A stretch of DNA of 64,000 nucleotides, taken from Balanoglossus misakiensis. Its lineage: Eukaryota > Animalia > Hemichordata. Shown piece by piece: positions 1 to 12,559 of the stretch. The notes beneath the pieces were generated by a model. That model made no database searches, was not told the DNA's origin, and saw nothing but the letters and a program-made list of their open reading frames with translations. The translations under genes were made by a program, and so were the position numbers. Position 1 is the first letter of the stretch; every line of letters starts with the position of its first letter. The stretch lies in the NCBI GenBank assembly GCA_040954595.2, contig CM082584.2, positions 8,881,146-8,945,145 of the forward strand. Reading direction: 5' to 3'.

Positions 1-681
1 TCAATTTTCCTTGGTGTACTTACTCGCATAATGGACATTAACCGTTTAAATCAATATTTGGTGCAAAGTGTTTCGTAGTCAGCTATGATTAGAAGTAATT
101 TTTTTTATAATGGACTCCTAATGCATGTCAACGTCCAAATCGGGAGTCCGCACAGAATACATACATACGAACATTTAATAAAGAAAATAAATTGACCAAC
201 ACATCATTATTACAAAGTTTCTGGGAGCATCTACCGTACATCTTTCTGGTAGCAGACCTGTGTGGTAGTAATGTTTTATGTACAAGAGGAAAACATGATA
301 AAAATGACTAATCTGAGAAGGAATCTGTGATTGATTATAATCATCATCCTGTCAATGTGATGTGTAGTCAAGAATGTTTCAGGTATAATTCAACTGACAG
401 TTTCATCGCAAATACTTCCATGTAATTAAGACACACAGCCAGAGAAAACCGCAGGGTTCAGGCCCTCGGTGTTCTGTTTCAGCCATTTTTTTATGAGTCT
501 TGGGAGATAGCAATTTGTGGCGCTGTTTTAATGGCTCCATAAATTGGTTTCCATGATTAGGGAATGATTGAATTTCAATTTGGAGGATATACATAGATTT
601 GGAGATCTCAACCGCACTAAGGGATCATCTCAAATGTACAGTTATGGTCATAATTGCCTCAATTCAAAATTGGTTCTATTA

Positions 682-729
682 GAATGAATGAATGAATGAA
701 TGAATGAATGAATGAATGAATGAATGAAT
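682..729. repeat. (GAAT)12 microsatellite
   Basis: Perfect tetranucleotide array read directly. Confidence 0.95.
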
Positions 730-3700
730 TTTGATGTAGAACACATACAGTCACGCATTTCAAACAAGACTTGATCAGTTGAGCCATATCAATTAATCAA
801 CAGGAAATAAAGTTCTTAGTAGCACTGCAGTGAACAGACAGGATCGGAAAGCTAACACGCTTTTTGCTTTAGCCTAGATTACTTGCTATCATTATAACGA
901 CCATGGCAACAAGAACAAGAAGATGCTTTCACTTCTCCTCAGCCATGAACATGCACATCTTCATCACTCATACATTAAAGTTTCCCCCCGTAAACCGAGG
1001 AAAGCTAGTCAACATCTAATGCTTTTGATGTATCATGCATGTATTGATATTACAGACTTCTGAACATATAAAATATTAATTTCATTGTTCGCTGAATGTA
1101 AGAGGTTGATTAGGTTTTTGCTAAATGGAAAAACAGCCGAAGAAAAATCAGATCCTGAAGTAAAAACTCAATAACGTATCATGGGGAAAAAGTGATTACT
1201 TCGAACATATGCATCACAGTATGAAAGAAATGCATTTATGTGAGATTGGTTAATAAATTTACCCACGGCACTAAGAGCTTGCTATAGAGTACATGATTAG
1301 CTTCGAGGCTTTGTGGGGATTTGTACTAGTGATGCAATTTGCTTTGAGATAATTCATTTTTGTGATTGTTAACGTGTTTCTAGATTCAGTTACTAGATTA
1401 AGTACATGCACGGCGCTGCGACGATCTGAGTACTATCCTGAAGGTACGACGTTCGACCTCACACTTTCTGCTGACAAGATTTTGCAGAGTTCAGGAGCTC
1501 AAAGTCACTCAAAATTCCAGAACTTTCCATGAGAATTTTCTCAGTGATTATGAAACTGCAGCATGCTGTCACTAAACGCAAACACGACAACGTCATGAAG
1601 ACTTTTTGGAATTCGTCTCCCATGTTGGATCTCCTGGTTGCCACGACGCCCGCTTGCACTGACTTCACGCAGGCAGTGATACACAGCTGAGAGGTATCAT
1701 TGCTGATTGCCACGAGTATATGTTACAGCACTGAGGGTAATTTCGTCATGGTGATGATCGGATCGAGCTCTGCGAAACCCATCACCAAAACACCGGTATA
1801 GTCAGGAAACACCTTCATCGTCATTCACCACTCATCTCTCCCGTGAATACATAAAAGCTCCACTTTTCCTATAAACTTGGGGCATCATGGATCACAACAC
1901 GCGTTCCCTGGAGGCAGTGATCGACCTAACTCCCCATGAGCCGGGCGAGCTCAGTCAATTTACGACTGATTCAAACCATGGGGTTTTGGGGTTGCTACGC
2001 ACAGTCAGGCTTCGCTTAACAAAGCGACTTCACCTTGCAGGTATACACTCACACGCTGCCGTCATCACATCTTGTACTAAAACCGAAAAAAGCTTCATGA
2101 TGAGTTAATCGGTCCATCGCAATGATAGCTTGGTATACTTCACCATACCCTATAATTTTCATACCGATATGTTTCTCTTTAACCATTAAATGGTATTCTG
2201 CTAAGTGGTTGCTTTTTGTATTATCACAAATACGGCCTATTTTATCCCCTGTATGTACTATAACAAACGGTGTATTTAGAGGGACCATTAAAGCTACCTT
2301 TACGTATACTCAGAGATCCCTGCTCATGGCTGTTACCAGCTGCATTGGTTCTCACATAAATGCTGCAATGTACAAGTCTTATGTTTAATTTCCAATGTAA
2401 GTATTGATTTAACAACAAGGGCAATCACTTCCTCCAGCATCAATTAATTAAAGGGTTTCACAACGTAGACTGAATCTACATTAATTTATCATTGAAATGT
2501 TTGTAATTTTTTTCATGATGTTAATGTATAGTAAAGTGAATATGAGATGTACGAGTCACAATACTCAACGTTGAGACACACGTTTTTCCTTTTTTCTAGT
2601 GACTTTCTGGGGTACAACAGTACGACATATTGCCATAGCAACATATATACCCCATGAAACTTCAAAATGCCTGAAGCTATGTACCGGTACACATTCTTTC
2701 AAACACTAGGTTCCACTTCCAGCCATAAATTTTTTCGTGAAGCTCGTCACTCTCAATTGCAGCGATTTTGATGGGAAGATTTGATAAACACCCATGGATA
2801 ATGATGCAGACATATTTCACAAAGTCAAAACTCATAAAACTCTCTGATATTGAAGCTCCCCGCTGACATTATAACAAAGGTATGAGAGGCCATAATTTGG
2901 CACTGTATACCAGTAGTTCACATGGGAAAGTAGATCAGTTTTTGCCTTAAGGCCAAAGTGAGATATAAATGCCATTTTTGTTTTTTTATCCTCAGACGCG
3001 TGATTTTAGAAAGGAATTTATAAAGAAACAGTCACTTCTACCAGAAATATATCTTTCATGGGGATATCTGATATTTATATGTCACAGAATAATCCACTGA
3101 CTCAGTCTAAGTATGTGAGGTACACGTATTGGACTTGCCTAGCTCATCCTCATCCAATACTTCAAATTAAATATTTCAAATAAACAAAAGTTTTAACTGT
3201 CTATACCGAAGTACATTATGGTATGACCTAATGTCTTAATTTATTATATTAAGATATAGCAACTTGCAAATTAGGAGCTTGCAATTTCATCTATGCGGGT
3301 TTTATTAGTCCTGATCAAAGGAGCATTCCAACTCAATGGAAGAAACGGGGAGGTCAGGTATTCGACAGAGGGGCAATGAAGATTTAAGAGCAGGTGTCTC
3401 AGAACTCTGGTTCATTTGAGGTCTAGATCAACTCTCCCAGTGACGTTTATCAGCCTCCACTGACGTTAACTACTGATATTCACAGCCCTATAATCAGATC
3501 ACCAGTCATGCTTTCATAAACTAATTCGTCCGTAAATATGAGGTTGCAGTCTTTGAGAACGAAAGAAACATGTAAATGGCAGTAAATTGAATTAGACGGA
3601 GGGCTTGCTAACAGCACAGAAGCAGCAAAATTGATGTAAATATAACTTTAACTCAATTTCAAACTTGAGAAACATCACCAAAGGGTTTCAATCTGACATT

Positions 3701-4270
3701 CAAATTCTTGTCATTCATATGACAATTATTTCCTTCTTCTTTTTCATATTCAATGAAACGCCCGCACTAAACCTCGCTTAAAAACTCACAACTGACAGTA
3801 TAAATTTAAGTTCGCATTTATCACTATCTATTTTATGTCTAGTGATAAAACCAATATACATGATAAATTTCTACTTTTTATTCAAAGCTTTGATGGTTAA
3901 GTATAAAAGAAAACGCGAGGATAATGAAACAAATGTTTTACACACATGTTCGAAGCATAATTGCGATTCCCAAGGGAAATTATCTCGTTTTAGTGTACAA
4001 ACTGGATACATTGCTAATCCCAGCAGTCCTCCTGTACATGGCGAAAAATAAATCTGCGTTAAACAAAAGGCATTCCATCGATTGGAGAGCGCTTCTGCTT
4101 GTCAATTACCGAATGATTCCTGGAAACGTTGACGCACAACCGCAGAAGTGCAAGAAATGAGTTTTGGTCAGTAGGGAAATGAAACCTCGAAAGAAAAACC
4201 AGGCGGTGTAAAAAAGGAAAGATTGTCGTACGTCAACCGGTCGCTCATTTGTAAAAACTGGTATATTTAC

Positions 4271-7200
4271 CTATCTGGCACTGTTTTCCCAGAGTTCCCA
4301 ACGGACACTGGCAGATGGGAGATCCCGTGATTGGATTCTGCGCGCACTGCCCGGAATTCGAACAGGAGAGCTGATCTCCGCACGGCACCGGTTCCGTGTT
4401 CACGGAATTCTCCATCTCCTCCGCCATCTCTTTGGCAGCCGATTCCATGGCTTGGATCACTTTGTTGTGATCAAGTTCATCGAGGGAGATGGCCTGGACG
4501 ACTGCATTCGGGTCATCGCCTTGCAAACTGCTTTTAACTTTCACATCAGTCTTGATGTCATCATCTGGCAAGAGAGAAAGAGAGAAAAATACTTGAAAAG
4601 AAAATACATGAAAAGAGTCCATATGTCTCCTGTTTGTCAAAGTAATACCGGGATGCAAATCATTTTATACAAATGATGTCTGTAACAATCAAAATATTTC
4701 ATTTGTTGCCAGTATTCTTTGGCTCTGAATGTAAAAAAGAAAATATTTCTCTGTATCTATCACCAGATCTTTCGTCAGATCTTTCACATGCTTCCTGAAG
4801 TGCCCATTATTGAGGCCTTCATGTAAACTCCACATAATATAATAACTCATACAAAATCTAACCTTTTATAGAATCACATACATATTTGCAGAAATATTGC
4901 AACATCACAGGCACTTATCTGTTGCCAGGCAACATTAATAGCAGAACTACAAGAGGTAAATTTTGTACAAAGATTACAATTTTTGATGTTATAATTTTAT
5001 ACTTTTGTTAAATATTTTTTTATTAAACTGAAAGTGCAGTAAATGAGCCTGTACGAACTCTGGCATTCATTCTTTGGATATTAAATCAGTTACAATAGAA
5101 TACACTGATGAAAATCCACAATGTATGACATTGCGGCAGTCTGTGTAATCTATCCTTCATCTAGGTCAAAATCTTATTATATTAATCTCAGGAAACTATT
5201 GAAGGAGAAAAGAGCTTACTGATCAAATACATTTAAGCGAAATGTTTAATGTGGGCTGTAGTTTCTCATCAAATGTATTTGAAACTGATGGTACAATTAC
5301 AACAGTGGAAACATTGGTGAATAAACTAGCCAAATGATGAATTACCATTTTTTTCAAAAGCTTTATTAGAATATGAGTAAAACCTCAAGAATATAATGTG
5401 CTCTGCCAAGGGTGAGGTTAGAGGTTCAACTAGTGGTTGGGGATTCATATGTTCTTCTTTTGAACTGCACCAAAAGAGTTTTTCTTTTAAAATGACATTC
5501 ATGTGAATCAATTCACTTTATTATCTGAATCTCAACGAAGGCACATTATTCGGCAAATGGATAGAAAAGCACCAAGCCCATGCATGATCAATCATCCGCA
5601 ATCTCCCGAACCCGAAGATGGACTGCGCGCTTTAAGAGTTGTTCAATCATCTGATAGCGCAATAAGCCAACTCGATCTCCCCCCGCTTTGCAATCAATGA
5701 TAATATGTCCAAGCTACCATCCATTCATGATTCTTGTAATGAAGTTCATGCATGACATGCATTCAATTGTTGTTTCTGGTAATAACCCATGCATTGAACG
5801 TTTATCTGTGTGAAATTTAAAGTCATCTGTACTTTAGTTTTTAGTCTTTTTGGAATGCAGAATGTCTCGTAGAACTCGGTCTATACCTTTCATCTAATAT
5901 TAATTGTGGCCACTATACTCTATTTGATGCAAAGGAGACCCATTTTCTGTAGGCCAGGTGACGACCTCTGAACCCAAGTTATTACCTGTGTGGGAGTATA
6001 AACTATTAATACCCGCGAGGGGTGATGACTTTTCCTGATTGATCAAGGAGCTATTTATCTCTAATGTCTGTCTGGCATATCTCAGCTGGAGTGAGACGAG
6101 GCTCTCCAGATGCAGATACGAAGACAGTTTTTCCGTAGGGTGGTAAATCAAGACTGTCTACAGACTGGAAATGGACTGGCCATCAGGCAAACTGACATGA
6201 GTGGATGCATTATGCATTTTCACTTTGAGATTCTAGCATCACATTGTTTTCCGTTCAATAGTTAGACCCATAAGATTGAAGACGGATAGGCCATCTGGCA
6301 TCATTCGTATCAATTAAAACTCCACAACTGATTTTTCTTGTGTTTTTAATATTACAACCAGAAAACTGTCTTTTATAACTGTTTATTCGTGCTGTCTTCC
6401 ACATATTTTCAACTCTTCTTTGCTGATATCAAAAGGGGCAGACTGTATCTGACTGCAGGCAACCACTTTGTTTGACTTTCATCTCAAAGCACCACATGTT
6501 CCTTGCGTGAAAGCGTGTGTATATATGTGTGGAGGTTTTCAGCAAGTCGTAATTAGGAGCACGACATGACTTCGCTGACCGCGTTTTGCGTTGGGCGCAA
6601 TTAGCTGATTGGGTGATGTCAGTAAAATTGAAGGGCCTGTTTTGATTGGTCGGGGAATAATACGTATGGCTGTCACTGGCGCGTAATGAGTTATGGACAA
6701 CAATGATCAATCAGGAGAATAGGGTCAAAATTTCACCCCATATGCCCCTGTGAGATGCCTTCTTCTCTAACGACAGAGAAGCTGTTGGCCTGGCTCACAA
6801 TGAACGGTAAAATTAGCAATAAGGGGATCTAGGGGATGGACGATGCCAGCAGAATAAATGCACAGAGTTTAAAATGCACCCATGATGTGGTTTTTGCTGA
6901 TGAGGCATCTCCGATGTGTCCTAGCTACCCCATCGTCAGTCATATCTGTCTTGTCGTGACGGTAGACTGGAACCTAACTACTGAAAGTTCACTTACCGAT
7001 ACACATAAAACCATTCCTGGCCAATTTATGACCCTTCCAACAGTCGCATTTGAAATATCCATGAGGGAGATCTTCACAGATTTGGGAACATGGGCTCATC
7101 TGACCGCATTTGCCTGAAAATGACGAAGAATGAAGAACAAAATCAATGTTTTTAACTGTCAAAAGTACCGGTATGGACAGCTTGCTTGGTCCATTATTGA

Positions 7201-10200
7201 TGAACACTCGGCTATTTGTGTTAATACTAGCACATTTCTTTGATTTTGGTTTCTGATTTCATTTGCTTCAGAGAATAACAACCAAACTCTACAGTATGGT
7301 GTTTCATCAGCGCTTGTCATATAAATCATTCACTACATATAAAACCCATATCATTCCTTACTTTGATAATATAATCTTTTATTTGCACGTATGATTTTTC
7401 CATTACTCTAAAGGCAGAGACTTCATCCTCAGTTGAAAGGTACCGCACATGAAGAGATTTACTTGTCAGTTTGGCATGTCAACACTCACTGAAGCACGTC
7501 ACAAAAATGCTCATTTAATTTTTCATCTGCTTTTCATGGTTACTACCTTGACACCCCATTACACAGTGTATCGCACAGTTCAAAGTATGATACACAGCGA
7601 AAGAGAAATAACATATTTCTTATTAATGCAAGTATATCAGTGAAATTCCTGGAAGTCTCAAGCCAAGCAATAAAGTTTTGTTTTTCTTCTTTACTCTTTG
7701 CAATTGTATTTGTTTGTTTACTTGCATTTTGTCTGTAAATATGTACTGCCTGATTTATCTGCACTGCCTTTTAGGAAAGATACCAGACTGCAGAATCAAA
7801 TGAACTGAGGGTCTAGCTGTTTTTGACGTGCTCTGAATTCCAATCTCTGCCAGATTTTGCCGCATCCGCTGAGCGAGAAGCCTCTAAAAGATCTGTCTTA
7901 TCAACAGCATTAAGTTTGACGTTTTCAATACTGACTGAGTACCAGTAAATCCTTTTCATGCACTGGTGTGTATAACCCACGTCAAATTAGAGCTTAACAT
8001 TTGTCCAGACGAAAATCCAGAAAATAAATGACATGTTCCATGTTTGCTGTACTAACCGGTGCGAGACATTTTGGTAGAGTCAGAACGATGTCATACTCAT
8101 TACTCAACTAGCATTGGCATGCATGGCTGTTTCTAGACAACCGCATCATAGACTGAACAGATACAACTTACTAGACAGTTGAGTACTGTAAAACGAGAAA
8201 TTTTCGCGACAGGAAATTTTTGCCATATCGAACGAGGCACCTGTTACGCGACAATTAAATTTCGCATTCTCGTATTTTACTAACTTCATCATTACCTCCA
8301 AAAAAACATTTTGCATGACTTTGGCTCACGTGAAGTTCGCGAAAAATTTATTGTTTGCGAAAGTTTCTCGTTTTACAGTATTTTTCCCCAATACTCCACA
8401 GAATAACTCCAAACAGCGTCTAATTTACTGTACTGATTTGAAGTTCCTGTATTTGCACAATCTGGCCATGGGACTGCCTAATTCTATGTCTGGTCCGCCA
8501 GTAATGGAAAATAAATAAACAGCCGTCAATGCATTTAACTCTTTCAAACACCAGAAATTGGGAAGGAAATGACGAGGTCTCCTGAGGTCACTGTGCGAGC
8601 TAGCTCAGACAGCCCGTTCCACAGGGCTTTTTTTTTTCATCTGTTGACAATCTGTAAACAGAGAGCGATTCGTTTTCGACAACAAGCCCACGGAATGTGC
8701 TCGTTTTTTGTCTGCAAGATGAAATCAGTGAATTGATACAGGGAGAGACTTAACTTCTCAACGTGTCTCAAATGTCCTCTTACAAAAGATGAAGAAAGAC
8801 AGGTATGCTAGCTATGTGTGGATTGTTAAGGAACATTTTTACTTTTTAAACTCTTTCTATTGACTACAAGTTTCTTCTGATCCGTGACTAAAGGCAAAAA
8901 CACTGTGTATGGGTTTGAAGTATTATTCTTGCTCAATTTACACCCCTGGCCAGTTCTCTAACGCTTATTGTACCTTTCTGCAGATCTAAACCGTGTACAC
9001 AATGCAAATTTTGTGAAATTTCTCTGAGCTAACTCTGAAACATAAAAAATCTCACACTTAACTATATTTTAGCTACTAGATCACGTAGTCACTGTGGTTT
9101 CCATGGTGACATGAAGTTCTTATAAATGAACTTTATATTTGTAATGCTTCACTACTGATTTCAAGAGAAATAATTTTTCTGGTTATCATTCGAGACACTG
9201 TGCCTCGTTTTGTGTGGAAAACAGATAAGCCTGATGTGATTGATGATACGCGCCGTTGTCAACTTTGACTCCATCTTTACGCATTCGCCCTTTGCCACCT
9301 GAGTTCATTGCCAGATGGTGACACTGAAAAAGCGGTCAGTCATATTGAATCATCTCTACTCATCAAAACTGATCGACTGAAAAACTGTCAGTTCTAAAAT
9401 CCATCAACAAAAGATAATCTCGCTCTGTAGCCAGCTGAGCCAAAATCAATGAACTCAAACACCCTGCGCAGAATTTCCACAATATGCTTTAATTGATTAC
9501 ATTTTTTAAAAGTCCATTTCTGATAACTTATGAAAGAAATTCATGACACTGATGACGCATTCATTGATAAACTATTCTATGCTTCAAAACGTATAATCAA
9601 ACAAACAGACAGCAATTGAGGTACAAATTGGTGAAATATGGCAATAATGATGTTTGGATTACCCGATTCTAAAAATGATTACAGTTTGATTTGACTCACG
9701 GGATGCAATTATGCTGAAAATTAATCAGTGATATACAGGTATGGACCTTTAATTGAAAGCAGAGACTGGCTGCTCTAATTGGCTCAGTTAGCAGTCTGCC
9801 TGTAGGACATATGTCCACTGCATGGAGTGTAGATTTTATACCATATCTCAATTAATGCTCTTGAAAGAAGTTAATACGTTCAGAATTGAAGGAGCGTATA
9901 CTGTCCATCAATATTTCAAGCAAATTTGAGGTGTTCAGTTCTTACCATAGACATAAAAATCACAGCTAAATTTCTACATAGTTTCACTCAAAACAGTCAA
10001 ACGTGTTTTTTTAATGAAAATGTAGCTGTGATTTTTATGTCTATGGTAAAAAGAAGGAGGATGTACAATCTTGTAAAAGCTGCTATCAAGTATCAGAGAA
10101 TGTGAAAATGGTAAGTATCTTTGCTGAGTGGCATAACCTTGAAATGATGACTTCATCAAAAGTACAGAAAACATCAAAGGCTTGGCACTTAAGTTTGTAT

Positions 10201-11779
10201 GTAACCTCATTAAAACCAGATACTTAGGAGGGTCTAGCAAATAAGTGCTCTTTGGCAAAATTAGATTTGTGTAAACCATGACCACCTGCACTTGTCAACT
10301 CGGTTTCAGTGAGACAATTAAATTATAGTGCCCTACGACATACATCATTTGGGCCAGTTTGTAGAAATTCTACGTTCTACATCCTTACACCATTTCTAAA
10401 TTTTCCTAGTATTATGGCCAATATGGCCATATGCTAATTTGTCAACTTTGACAACAAAATGCCAGGATGTAAAGGTCATGAAATAGCCAATAGAGGTCAT
10501 GAAAGTAGCCTATTGCAACCATCAATCATTTGCATATTAACCATCAATCATTTGCATATTATGTAACTTAGGCAGAAGGAAAGATGAATGTGATGCTTTG
10601 AAATTGACTGATGACCTCAGTTTGTTTGCATAAATATGCTTAGGTCATTCAAATCCCTAAAGCAATGGCTAAATTTCATAGAAAAATAATGGAAATGTAA
10701 AAAGAGCCAATAATATGCATCAAAAAGAAAGATACCAGACATATGGACTCAAAGCCTGTAACTATGGGACCATGAAATATAAACCTAGGGAGTCTTGAAT
10801 ATATTAACTATGGCATGGTTCCCTTAGCTACTTGTTGAATTGTCAATACAGACACTATCCAGATATAAGTTTGCATACTTACACACATAAAAAGAACAGT
10901 AAAATTTAGCAGCAGTGCAAATGATGAAATAGTAGAACATAAATTTACACAACATGCAAATAGTGTGCATAGTTAAGATACTTTTTGTTGCTGATTTTCA
11001 CACTTTTTTTTCTTATTTTCAGCACTTTGACCAATGCATTTTTTCAGTTTATATAAGTATTATTACCTATTATCAAATTTCAAAATCATGGGGAAGCCAA
11101 ATCTTCAATTTTAATTACTTTTATAACTGCATTCCTTTGCTTGAATGTAAAGTACCATTAACAACACACATCAAAATAGAAACATGCACAGATTTCTCAT
11201 AGAAACTAAACAGCCCTTTTAATGACAGCATATATGTGATTAAACCATTTGCTTATTTTGGAATGGAACTTGTCATATTTCACATTGCAAAGTGAGTGAG
11301 TTAGTCTGGAACTAGACCGATGTGTTTCTTTTAGAGAGAAACTCTGGTGTGATTCCAGACTACGTCGACCGTATGTGCTGGATTATTGTGAAATGAAATA
11401 AACCAAGTCTGCAAATGGCTACTAATTTGTTGATGTACATTTCACACGTACAATCAATCAAAAGAAAGAATTGAACAACAACATCGACAACAACAAAAAC
11501 TACTTATACGACTGATAATAATTTTGTTCATTTTTTCCATAAATGCGGAACCTGAGAACACCTTGGTATATGAATGATAGACATGCATCAGACTCGCGGG
11601 AACGCATATATCGCGCGCGCGTATAGATAGAGGAACGCAGAGCTATTAATAATCCCGTTAATAATCTGCCACTTACCTCGGAGGGGGAAAGATCCATAGG
11701 AATAATATTGCGCAATAGACGACGAAAATGCCAATGCGAGTGAAAGTGTAAATAACAGAATGCTTTTCGAGTCATCCAT
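4271..11779 (-). CDS. 5' part of a secreted EGF-domain protein, pikachurin/EGFLAM/SP2353-like; 3' end lies outside the window
   Basis: Exons 11779-11677 (MDDSKSILLFTLSLALAFSSSIAQYYSYGSFPLR, signal peptide, donor G|GTAAGT), 7113-6997 (EGF: CGQMSPCSQICEDLPHGYFKCDCWKGHKLARNGFMC) and 4564-4271 (acidic spacer, then EGF CGDQLSCSNSGQCAQNPITGSPICQCPLGTLGKQC). All junctions are GT-AG and phase 1, so the exons join in frame. The family call rests on recalled similarity; no laminin-G exon is visible. Confidence 0.75.
8184..8380. mobile_element. MITE (non-autonomous TIR DNA transposon) with TA target-site duplication
   Basis: 22-bp terminal inverted repeats CTGTAAAACGAGAAA(T/C)TTTCGC with one mismatch, TA on both flanks, about 190 bp, no ORF. 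Confidence 0.85.
9942..10049. mobile_element. Short foldback MITE-like element
   Basis: Perfect 27-bp inverted repeat TTACCATAGACATAAAAATCACAGCTA (9942-9968) with its reverse complement at 10023-10049 and a 54-bp spacer. Confidence 0.75.
10517..10560. repeat. 22-bp direct tandem duplication containing octamer ATTTGCAT
   Basis: AACCATCAATCATTTGCATATT occurs twice in tandem. Confidence 0.85.
11302..11362. repeat. 61-bp hairpin, probable MITE remnant
   Basis: Outer stem TAGTCTGGAA/TTCCAGACTA and inner stem GTTTCT/AGAAAC. Confidence 0.5.
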
Positions 11780-12340
11780 GCTAAAAAGTGATGTTTTCGC
11801 GGTGTCACAACTACACACTACACTGGGACGCGGACGCGCGCGTCTGGACAAACTCGCGTATCAGATATATGAACTCCGTCTCTGAAGGTCACGCGAAGTC
11901 AGCTGGTGTTATATTTTATCTTTTGAGTGAAACGTTTGAGAATACACAGAATTTCCGTTGTTATTTCCCTGGCCTTGAGGCCTCAATTATACTGTCGACA
12001 AAGTTGCGTGTACATGAAATAAATATGAAGGCGAGATCGGCCGTCGATATTTCTGTCTCCTGGTCCTCTTCCAGTTCCGATGTGATGTGATGATGAGTTT
12101 CGCAAATTCTCTTGGTATCCGCTTCCAAAACCGTCCCACTGGGTTCACTCTAACATGGTGGTGAGAATCCACGTTATCGATTAGATATATCCATGTTCCA
12201 GGTATCTCACAACATCGGGGACGAACTTGCACCAAAAAGTCTGGCACGAAAACTCGGGTGAAACAACGCACCACAACTTGCGTTATTTTTATCGCACTTT
12301 GTGAATGAACGAAATGGACATGGGTGGATAATACCATTTT
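11780..12340 (-). promoter_or_regulatory. CpG-enriched promoter and 5' UTR of the EGF gene
   Basis: Visible CpG enrichment (e.g. ACGCGGACGCGCGCGT) immediately upstream of the signal-peptide exon. Confidence 0.5.
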
Positions 12341-12559
12341 GATGCATAGGGGGTTGTCGTGTCAGACGTGAGGGATGGGGCAATTATACACCAACGGGGA
12401 CAAGACAGTATGCGGGCGCTATGTCATCACGCCAAGACATTATAATATCTATGGTTTGACATAGTAAACCACCACATAAACAGTTCTTGGGCCTGGCTGT
12501 TGGCCTACATGTATCCAAGCATATCCCTTCACAAAACAAAACACAAGACGCATAAATTA

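Noticed and set aside
1400-2430. CpG-richer patch with overlapping 60-88 aa ORFs, checked as the expected laminin-G exon
   Set aside because: No LamG-like or other recognisable peptide and no convincing splice-site pair.
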